A DNA stretch of 57,337 nucleotides, filler included, from Bipalium vagum (lineage: Eukaryota): NCBI GenBank assembly GCA_037834085.1. It is 3 parts of 3 records of this genome, joined end to end, with 100 filler letters (N's around TTAATTAATTAA, not from the genome) between each part and the next. Parts side by side here need not be neighbours in the genome. Positions count along the whole stretch, not along the records: positions 1 to 19,247 come from JBBMKC010004183.1; 2 more parts are not named here. The stretch is one strand, 5' to 3'. A program made the position numbers and the translations under genes. Positions 1 to 10,410 of the stretch are shown piece after piece (within the stretch, counting starts at the first letter, position 1; each line of letters starts with the position of its first letter). Below the pieces are notes generated by a model. That model worked only from the letters and a program-made list of their open reading frames with translations. It searched no databases and had not been told where the DNA came from.

Positions 1-73
<73 letters not shown>
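1..73. repeat. (AAT)n microsatellite
   Basis: Nearly perfect AAT array with one AAC interruption at the window start. Confidence 0.97.
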
Positions 74-76
<3 letters not shown>

Positions 77-950
77 TTTAATTTTATTAATTTTAATTTT
101 AAATTTCTTTTCTCTAATTATGAGCGTAATAGTAATAATAATAAAAATAAGAATACTAATAGTGATTTATAATTTATTTAAATAATTTATTTTTTCTCTG
201 ATTAGCACTGAGCATAAAAAATATATGGCAAGGGCATTTCAGACGAACGAACTGATTAACGACTGATCAGTATAAAAGGGGTTGCCTGAGTCAGTCGGAG
301 GCCCACAAGAGATTTCAACATTATTTTTGCAATTTTTGTTGAACCTTGCAGAAGAACGTTGTTCCAGTATCAGAAGAAAATTTTTAAAGGGTTATTAATG
401 TATTTTTCTCATATGCAAGAGGATTTTACAATGAGGCCTGGGACTTCCTGGTGACCTTAACAGGGCTTAACGGATAGCCCAGGGACCCATTGTCGTCACG
501 GTGAGCACACGTTTTCTTTTCTTATTTTTTCTCTCAGTAATTGTAAGAGATATCATTTAATAATTCATTTTAACGAAATCTATTTTTTTATTGTTCGTAA
601 TTAATTATTTTTATTTATAATGCAGTTGAGAATCGATTTGCTATCATTTATTAAGACATTTAATATTTCATTAACTAATTTTGTGAGTTGAGACCTTGTT
701 TATTATTTTGTGTAGATTGTTGAATAAAATTTGATTTCTTTGATTCAGTTATTTTGTTAAAATTAAGTGTGATTATTTTGATTCGGTAAAGAGAGGGTAA
801 GTTTTTTGTGATTTGTTTCAATTCATACATCCAGTGATAAGGTTTTTTGTGGCTGGTTTGGATTCGATTGTCTTAAAACGAACGTTATTGACAATAAGTG
901 AAGGAAGTCAGAAATTTGAATTGACACATTACTATTTCAGGTTTAGTACA
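74..950 (+). mobile_element. Solo LTR-like element, copy 1 (5' boundary uncertain)
   Basis: TATAAAA at 271-277, GC-rich hairpin block at 421-510, AATAAA near 723, TGA(A)GGAAGT motif and ...TAGTACA end at 950. Same order of motifs as the elements at 8236 and 39170. Confidence 0.7.
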
Positions 951-1023
951 TTACTAAGGTAATTTTTACCAAAAACAAGTGAGCTCGATCTAAGACGTCT
1001 TTTTGAAAAATATTTTAAGATAA

Positions 1024-1227
1024 TACAGTTCAGTCTCGATATAACGAATTTCAAGGGACCGATCAAATTACTTCGTTATATCAAAGTTTCGTTAAATCGA
1101 AGTAAACATATTATGTAAATTTAAATGTTTCATAAAATTTCGTTATATCAAAATTTAATTTGTATATATATGATGTACGGCCAACCATTTGTTTCACACA
1201 GGTTCGTTATATCGAGACTCAACTTTA
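1024..1227. mobile_element. Tc1/mariner-superfamily (pogo/Tigger-type) MITE
   Basis: TA-CAGTTCAGTCTCGATATAACGAA ... TTCGTTATATCGAGACTCAACTT-TA terminal inverted repeats, with internal repeated TTCGTTA(T/A)ATC motifs. Confidence 0.85.
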
Positions 1228-1817
1228 TAGTCAAAATTTAACAGATGCACTGCCTCGATAACACTATAATGCGAAAATTTCGGAACTTCCATTAAAATTG
1301 TACCTAATTTTAACTCAAATATTAAGATAAATTTTTTTAGTAATATCTCACTTAAAATAAACCGGTCATATCCACTTACAAAGTTAGAAGTTAAAATTTA
1401 ATTTGATCGAGGTTCCCGTTCAAAGGATGTAGTTTCACTTCATATAATTATGAGGATGTTAGAACAGATCATTAAAAGGTATTGTTACAAGCATTAATTT
1501 TTTAAAACAATTTGATTCATATTTGTTTGTGAAAACTGTCTCATTTTTAAATCAACAGAATAACTGTTAAAATCATAAACTTAAATTTATGTCTTACTTT
1601 AGTTTTAAATACTTATGTCAGAACATGTTAATTATTTAATTTCTACAATGGCAACCAATGTGTTAAGTCGTATTTGGTGAAAATATGGGATAAATTAAAT
1701 AGTATAAAGTAAAATTAAAGTGAATAACTACGTATTTTAGGGCAGATATGCCAAACTTAAAGAAATGACAGTATATTTAAAAATATTTATATATTATGCA
1801 CAAACATAAAAAAAGAT

Positions 1818-2272
1818 TTAATCATCGTATTCTTCTTCATCAAATGACAATAAAGTTTTGTTTGACTTTTTAATATTTGTATCCTTTATTTCCGGGTCTG
1901 ATTTTCGTTTAGATCCACTCGGCTTGTTAAATATAACTTTGACTTTTAAATCTGCTTTTGAAAAATCTTTAAGTTCCTGTTCCTTATCAGATTTTCTTTT
2001 ACATAAAGAGTCTACAAATTCAGTGGCTTCTTTTTCAGTTACTTTACTACTTTCATCTATTACAATTTGAGGTCTTTCGTCTTCTCTATCTGGTTCATTA
2101 TTTGGTTGTTTAACTTCAGAAATAAACTAAAATAATGTAAAGTCATAAATTAACCAAATAATACTTTATCATCGATATTGTAATCCTTTTTTATTCCTGA
2201 TCTAATTTTAAAATCTGAAATAAATTTTGGTTCTTCAGACTCAAAAAATTTAATTCTGTTATTTCTTGACAT
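1818..2272 (-). CDS. KIAA1143: KIAA1143/DUF4604-family small protein, 2 exons (2272-2165, 2126-1818), 138 aa
   Basis: A 38-nt GT..AG intron joins MSRNNRIKFFESEEPKFISDFKIRSG... to ...DREDERPQIV...IFNKP...LLSFDEEEYDD*. The EPxF..FK, EDExPQxV and C-terminal LLSFxxEE motifs match DUF4604. Missed by the ORF track. Confidence 0.85.
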
Positions 2273-5200
2273 TTTAAATAAGTTTTTGAAATTTATTATT
2301 TAAACAAACACAGTTTTTGTAAAACAAATGAGCTTTTACTAAATCTTAAAAATCAAAAAATATTCTAACTAAATACTTAATAATATTAATACCTAACACT
2401 AAAATTTTATATTTTATAATATTAAAATAATTATTATAGACGGCTATATAATAATATAATCCATTTATTTTATCGAGTACAAAAGATATTGGTTCTACAG
2501 ATATCTGTTAATATCATTAATAAATATTGTTAACTGTAACTGATAGCTGAATTAATGATTTTATACATAAATAGCAAATATGAATAGCTTTTATTAATGA
2601 AAAATATGAAATTTTAACTTAATTATACAAGTTTTTTTTTCATATCTTGGATATGATTTCTTTCATTTAAAATTCTTTAAAGATTTTAATTTTAATTTCT
2701 GTACTTGAAAAAATTTTCAAATGTCATTTTAAAGAACTCAATAAAAAACATTAATATATTTATTCGAAAATGTATAAATATATAATGATTATATTTTATC
2801 TTATCCAAACCACTCGGACCACTGGAAAAGCTGTTAGTCAACCTGCATGAATGACGTTATGCTATTAGATTAAGTAATATTTCGTAGATGACATCATCCA
2901 TGGTTTAATGTTTTCATTGCTTCAAGTTGCACTAGATTTAAGGTGATTGAGCACAATTTTCATTATACTTCTACTAGTTAAATTGATTATTAATGAAAAT
3001 CTAATTATTTAGTATATTATTTATCATTAATATTCTCACGTCCTAAATTTTTTATTTAATTTACTATTATCTTTATCCTTCTCATTTCTATCTTATCAGA
3101 TCAGTTTATATTTTTATTTTTATTTACAATTTAATTATTTGTTTCTTTTTATTAATTATTTTATTATATAAATCTGCAAAAAAAATACTTATATAATTAT
3201 TCACATCCATGATACCAATGATTTACATAAAATAAGATAGAATTATTAAATTACAAAATAATTGAAAGTTACTTTGTTATCTGAAATGTTAAAATATATG
3301 CAACATATAAATAAATATTAAAATCAAGTAGTCGAAAACAAAAACAAATTAAAGTTCGATCAAAATATTTTATACGAATGATCTTTTGATGGTCCTCGTC
3401 GAGCTGAGACTTGATATAATTTCCACAATTCCATCATTTAATATTTTATTTAACCAGAGCTACTAAGGGAGAAGGATTTATAAGGTTTACAAATTTTCTT
3501 ATGTGTTCTGCTGTTATATCTGTTCTTTTTTCGAATCCCATTAGAAGATGTAGAAGTTATAGTTGAATGTAGTTGGAAAGTCATCGAAAGTGTTGGGAGA
3601 TTTTAATAATTAATATTTATATATTGAAACCTTTTTTAGAATACATAAAAATTCTCATTGGTGGGTGGTTAGTTTATGTATTAGAATAATATAAATAAAT
3701 ATCGAACTAATCAACCTGAAGATGATAATGGGTAATACTTTAATGTAATTTTTGAGAGCGACATTTGTCTATAAGTAATAATAAAATAAAATTACAATCA
3801 TTTTGATGACAGTTTCATCATTTGAGATATTGATTGAATACTCTTTGCAAGGCATTAATTTGTAGAATACGCGCCGTAGATTGCTTCAAATTACTTCTTA
3901 TGTCTGAAAATTCTTGTTTTGTTGTGGTTTTATTATTATAAAAAGAACGCTTTCGATCATGGAACACATTTCCAGAGATCGATGTAGCGTTGTTGGCATC
4001 ACCTGTGACTGATGAGTTCTTGCTAGATAAATCAATTTTAGGCATTAACCAATCAAATTTTATATTGGTTAATACAAACTATCGCTTATTTAATAAACTC
4101 ATTGCTAATAGAAAGTTTGTAATAACCGGAAGTAGCTGTACTTAAAATTGTATATCTTGAGTTACTTCATGGTAAGGATCATTAACACATATAACTGTAT
4201 TTATTTTTAGATATAAATTTTAATTAAAAAAATTTTGAAATCCTATATTATTATACTATTTATGTGAATGTTTTTGTAGTTAGTCATAGTTACAAAATTA
4301 GGTAGTCATTATGTAGTGTCATTGGAACCAGGTCTTACGTGGGTCTCGTAATCATACTGTGACACCCTTCCGATGTTCTATACTTATCATGTATTTCAAT
4401 TATTAAAGATTGAACAGCAAAATATATTTTAATTAAACAAAATCGTCGTCGTTAGTTTGTAACCAAATATAAGCCTTTAAATTTGTTCCTTTTTTTAAAA
4501 ACAGTCTTTGGGTGGAGGTCGTTTTGCTTCTCTAGAACTTTACAATTTAACTATAATGCCAATAGTCTCTTTCTCTACAAATTAATGAGTTTTTGTTTGC
4601 AAGTTAAATTTAATTTTATTGTAACAACAAAGATATTTATCAAACTGTTATCTTACTTTAGTGATGCTTATTAACTTAAATAGTATAAATTATTAAGAAT
4701 ATAACCTTTCTAATTCTAAAAAAAAATACTTATTTTCCTTTACAAGTATAACATGTTCAGGAAAATTTGTTTTCTCATTATTTTTAAATGAAGAAGACTG
4801 ATTAGAAGAATATATTTTGTTTTATTTTAAAAATAAGTTAAATTTCAATAATATCCTTAACCAGTCTTCGGACTTTGTAAATATTTTGAAAAAAATACAT
4901 TAAATATTGGGTTAAAGTATCTCATTAAGTCATGCATATATATCGCTATGTTCCACAAGCTGTTGTTCAATCCACATCGAATGGATTTTTTGATAATGCC
5001 ATAAATAAAGATTTCTGAAATACTTTTCTCGGTTGTTTTCTACATTTTCTATAAGACTGAAATTCTTTGCCATCTAATCTATTCTGCAAGGAAATAAAAA
5101 ATAATTATCTTAATCAGGAAAACATACAAAGTGACTTAGAACATCCAATATGAATTTGTTAGACAGGCTTTACTAATATGAATTATAACTTCTAAACCAC

Positions 5201-6279
5201 TTAAAAATGAAATAAATACTGTTTTTGGAATGGAAACATACGTTGCGTTTGAATATTAGACATTTTTTCGTTTTTGTATAATATTTTTACAAGCGATTAA
5301 TTTCATTGTTTGGTATTAGATATTTTAAAACTTGATTTTCAATGGTAAAGTGTAAAAGAATTCCAATAATTAACGTTTTTCGTCAATTTATGACATACAA
5401 CAGAATCCTGGCAAATGATACATCCAAGTTTTTTCCAAATGACCAACGACATAAGTTTGATTTTTTTACATCTCGAATATCTGTAGAGTTGATCAGCATT
5501 GTCGTTTTTGAAACAAGGTTACTATATGTTAATCACTGACAGTCGACGTTGTTCTGTGCAATCTCAGGCCTAAACTTTTATACCAAGTGGTTTCGTCACA
5601 GGATCCTATCAATAAAATGTATACATTTCCATTTGTATTTTGTTACTACCACTTTGCCTTTTGGTAAAAAAACTCAATCATATGACGATAAAGCTAAATA
5701 TTAACGAAAATGTTGAATTTCCTGTGTCAAATAATTAAGCAACCCAAATTGTTCAAAATGTAATCCACTTACTTACTATTAAAGTAAAATAACGTTATAA
5801 AAAAGTAAATTTTTTAAATAACCACTTCAAAATAATAATTTGAATTAAAATGCAAAAAACCGAATGACCTTTCAGTTCAATCAAACAACAAATGATCTCG
5901 GATTTCTTAATAAAAAGTTTCCACAAGTAGTTATAAAACAATAAGCAAATTAATGATACAATTTAAATATGTAAAACTCTTACGATACTGTAGATTTAGC
6001 GGTTTAATCCTATTGTCTTTTAAATCGGTTTTCTAATTGGAAAGGAATAAACTGATTTACCTACACCTAATAATATTGCGTAAAATAAATTGTTCACATA
6101 TTTTATTTTATAAATTATCTCAAGAAATAATCTTCTTTACAATTTATAAAATTTTGATCATTTGTTCCCAAACTGTGAAAGTAAAAGAAAAATATTTATT
6201 AATAAACAGATATTTATGTATATCAGTCGCCAGTGTGCCGTGAGAAATAAATAGCAAATAATTTTTAATCTAATCTATT

Positions 6280-7020
6280 TTACATTCTAACAAATACAAA
6301 TTCATTGTAATGTTGCCACTTACTTTCTTCCGAATCCTGACCGGGTCGATTGTCCAGCCCAGCGGAGTTTGTTCCCGATCCACAAGAACCAACCATTTTA
6401 TACCCATACAAATAAAGTGCGTCGAAAGCCTGTTCCAAGACATTGTGTTTGAGAAAAAATCTTGATGAATACCGGTCGCCTTTTGTTCCAGAATACCCAC
6501 ATCCTGGATCTCTACTCATATTTAATGTATCTTGAAATACTTCTTTGCACGATGAGACTTTTCCACAGACAAGTATTCGGGACAATTTTCTAAATTTTAC
6601 ATCCGCTAGTCCGTCTCTACCGAACGCAAACGTACCCCTATATCCTATTGTTATCACAGTTGGACCACTGTCTTGGATTTGTTTCTCTAAATATTCTATC
6701 ATTTCTGGAAAACCGAAAAATCCAGCCTCATTTATCAAACCAGCCATTTCTCTAAAGGTATCTGGAAGATGGAATTCCGATTCACTGTTTTTCTTCCAAC
6801 GTAAAAAATCCAAAATAAATCTAAACAGAGCACCATTTCGATCGATAAATAACCGTTTCTTGGAGTCAATTAACATTTCTGAGGGCTGCTTCAGATAGTC
6901 AACGATAAGATTTGCCAGTTTGGAATTGGGAAATTGATCAACGAGGGTCGATTTGAATGAAGCATACGCAATACCCCCGACATTCAATTCAACTATTTTA
7001 TCTTCGGACATACTTGACAT
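6280..7020 (-). CDS. BTB/POZ (T1) domain protein of the KCTD8/12/16 family (GABA-B receptor auxiliary-subunit type, T1+H1 domains), intronless, 246 aa
   Basis: VELNVGG, FIDRNGALFRFILDFLR (T1 domain); ITIGYRGTFAFGRDGLADVKFRKLSRILVCG...SRFFLKH..LEQAFD...W.HYNEFVF (H1 domain). Confidence 0.95.
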   Translation of the reverse strand: MSSMSEDKIVELNVGGIAYASFKSTLVDQFPNSKLANLIVDYLKQPSEMLIDSKKRLFIDRNGALFRFILDFLRWKKNSESEFHLPDTFREMAGLINEAGFFGFPEMIEYLEKQIQDSGPTVITIGYRGTFAFGRDGLADVKFRKLSRILVCGKVSSCKEVFQDTLNMSRDPGCGYSGTKGDRYSSRFFLKHNVLEQAFDALYLYGYKMVGSCGSGTNSAGLDNRPGQDSEESKWQHYNEFVFVRM

Positions 7021-8235
7021 CTTCGCAAAAAATAAATTGAACTCAAAAATGATGTAGCAAAAGAAATGTCGTCAGGTATTTTTACCTAGTTTTGAGGGAA
7101 AGAAATTGTCGAATAATGTCTCATGATTGCTCTAAAAATGCATCCCAGACCATGGCAGAACACACAACATCAATTAATGAGCATGCTTACAGAAAAGAAT
7201 ATTCCAAAATTAGAGCATACTTAATCAATAAATCGTAAATTTTCCAGAATTCATTTCAAACTGAAATTCTTAATTAATTTATATAATAAAATTAATTTTT
7301 TTTATTAAAATGACGGTTTTAAATTTTTTGTTTAATTTTCAGTTTTAAATCATATTATTTTTGGATTATATTACAAAATAAAAAGATTGTGAAAATAGTT
7401 TAAATTTATCATAAAATTTGAAAAAAATCATATTATTCAAAAATATTTTAAGTTCCAATAAATTAATCAAATTAAACTTATTAATGGAAATTTTTTTTTA
7501 TTAATTAAATAAAAAATACTGATAATTATATTTACATAGGATGTGTATAAAGTAAGCATCCGATTTTGGAACTCAGCAATATATTATTATATTATATATA
7601 TACCCAGTTTACATTTTTCTAAGACATACAATTTCCGAAATTTAATGTAAATGTTTAATTGTTTTAATGAATCGATGTAATCAAATTTAATTTGAGTAAA
7701 TTCAAATTTTAATAATATTCTCAAATGAATAAAAATGGAAAAAATGTTGTATTGATTGGAAAAGGTTAAAATGGAATCAGTCATATCAGTCACATGGAAT
7801 TTAGGACACTTTAAGTGGAATAAGATACATACAGTGAGGAAAATGAGAAAGATATTTGCAAAATTCAGAGATTTGGAGCATAATAATAACCACAATAATA
7901 AAAATTAACTTGATTTCAAGAAACCTTTTCAGTTTTTTCTAATATTTTACTTTACAGAAAATTTTAAATTTCTACAGGTCTTCAAATAATCTAAAAATAG
8001 TTGAAAAAGTATTAAATATTAACAAACTATTTTAACTATTTAAAATTAAAGGTTCACATCGGTTAAAATTCACATCGTAAATCAACAAAAAATTTATTAG
8101 ATTATTATTATTTATTTATTTTTGAATAATATACATGACAGTTAAAAATATATGGAAAGGTCTTGAATGAATCTCTGAAATTAACAATTAAAATATTAAT
8201 TAACATAAAAAGAAATAATATAAAAAGTTTATACT

Positions 8236-9178
8236 TGTTGAGTTGTAACAATAATAATAATGCTGACAATAATACAATAATCTCAGTTTTAATTGGTAAG
8301 ATAAAAACTATAATAATTATAATAATAACGACAATTAATAGATAATGATGACCGTAAGGATCATAATAATAATAACAATAATAGAAATAATTGTGCAATT
8401 AACCTCGGCGTCGAGATTTGGAATAGCAATCGTGCTCCGTCGTTGGAGTTATTAAATTCTTCTGTCTCGGGGTGGAGACAGAAATAGCAATTAGAGGCTA
8501 TTAATGGAAATAGCCGTCTCGAAGCGTAGGGATTGGTAATCGTAGCCGAATCTCTACGACTATATAAAAAGACGGCTATTCCCATTAATTTGCCCAACAG
8601 AAATACGACAGACAATACAGAACTACGAGAGACGATTCAGAACTACGAAAGGCGACATAGAACTATGAGAGACGATTCAGAACTACGAGAGACAATATTA
8701 TTCCAGGCAAGTGGATATGACGACGCAGAAGGATTTAACAAGGGAACTGCGAACTTGGGAACCCCTGGCGACCTGAGAGGGGCCTAGAGAGCGACCCGGG
8801 AACCCCTTGTCGATCTTGGTGAGACCGTTTCATTTTACTCTCGACTTTTGTAATAATTTCTTTAATCTCTTTTATTAGAACAGTAACAGTATTTAATTTT
8901 TTTATTATTATTCTTGGTGACATTTTTATTTATTGGACTCATTGATTATAGGATGATTTATAGAAGTGCATTGTCGTCGTGGTCATTATTTTCCATTGTG
9001 ATTCTGTTTTATTGAAATAAATTATTGTAGAAGTTTTGATTCACTTCTTAGGGAGCGGATACAGTATTATCGTTGGTTTTTTGATTCGGATAAGGTTTAA
9101 AAGGGGAACGAACACTACATTTTTATAGAAGTGAGGAGTCACGAGTACACGTTACTTCGTGAAAGTATTATAGTAACA
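8236..9178 (+). mobile_element. Solo LTR, copy 2 (943 bp), probably Ty3/gypsy
   Basis: TGTT...AACA ends flanked by a 4-bp target-site duplication TACT (8232-8235 / 9179-9182); TATATAAAAA at 8561; AATAAA near 9016; hairpin block at 8731-8827. Confidence 0.85.
8598..8697 (+). repeat. Five tandem 20-nt units (consensus CAGAACTACGAGAGACRATW) inside LTR copy 2
   Basis: Units start at 8598, 8618, 8638, 8658 and 8678. Confidence 0.9.
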
Positions 9179-10212
9179 TACTTTTTATTTTTAAAATATA
9201 TTGTAAATCACCCTATTGTAAAAAAAATCATGTTAAAAAATAAATTAGAATTATTAACATAAAATTTAATAATAAAATAAAAATTTTTGAAATAAATATA
9301 TTATTATATTAATAATAAATTATTAAATATCGTTCGTGAGGATTTTTGAACCTTTAAAAATGACCAGCAATAAATAAATATATAAAATTAAAATAATAAT
9401 TATTATTATTTCAGTATTGCGAACTAAGCGAGAATAATTAAATAATGAAAAATATTGTTTATATCTCAAATTAAGAAGTGTTCATTTCTTGAAGAATTCA
9501 ATGTCTGTCTGTGATTATAATTAACTGATTGGGAAAGTTTTTGCAAACGACAAAGAATGGAAAAATATATCATATTTTTTTATCATGCGTATATTTTATT
9601 TATACTTCGATGTTAAATAAAATATGATTTCAGCTTTAATTAAAAAAATATATCAAGTTAAAAGAAATTTTAATTAATTAACCGTAAGAAATACGAAACC
9701 CTATTTTTCATAAATGGAACATGATTTTCACCGTTATTTATTTTACATAGTGTATATAAATAAAAATAATTAAATAAGCGGATAATATAAATAATTAAAA
9801 TATAATAATAATTAAAGATATTTTTTAATACGTTGTTTCATATAAAATGTTCATAATAATGTTTCTTTTAATAATGATAAAAGAAAAAGCTTTAAAAGCG
9901 TTTCATTATAACGCCCTGTTCAGATGGCTTCATTCACTTTGAAAACTCAGTAAAAAGATAATTTATATCGATAGAAACATGGTTAAAAATAAAAACGAAT
10001 TAAGCAATTATTTAATTAACATTTATTTTAAAAAATAATAATCGTCAAAATGAAGGAAAAATTCTTTTTCTGCCGGTCTTCAAAATTCTCTGTTGAAAAT
10101 TCTTGTTAAGGAAAATTAATACATTTATTAACATTATTAACAATATCGCCTTGTTCCTCTAACGAAAATTTTTAAAGCTTTTACCTTTTTCTTTCATTCT
10201 AGATTTACTATT

Positions 10213-10410
10213 AAAAATAATTATCGAAATTTTTAAAATATATTCCATGCACCAGCACAGTGCATATGACCGAAAAAATTGACCTTTGTTATTATACGAT
10301 GATTGTAGTTGAATGAAGTATTGTCGTATTGGTTACAAAGGTCAATTTTTATTCGATATGCACTGTAAAGGTGCATGGAATACACTTCAAATTTTTCGAT
10401 AAATATTTTT
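10213..10410. other. Long imperfect inverted repeat (about 90-bp stem): hairpin RNA or foldback MITE
   Basis: TATTCCATGCACC/GGTGCATGGAATA, ACAGTGCATAT/ATATGCACTGT and AAAAAATTGACCTTTGT/ACAAAGGTCAATTTTTT pair perfectly, separated by symmetric mismatch blocks. Confidence 0.85.

Noticed and set aside
6545-6898. Antisense or alternative-frame ORFs over KCTD, S6K, KIAA1143 and GALNT (for example 1858-2070, 13556-13930, 31116-31307)
   Set aside because: Shadow ORFs of real minus-strand exons.
8598-8697. CRISPR-like regular repeats
   Set aside because: Head-to-tail 20-mers without unique spacers, eukaryotic context, no cas genes.
8533-8787. 84-aa ORF (and overlapping ORFs 8108-8923)
   Set aside because: Chance frames over LTR repeats and low-complexity U3 sequence.
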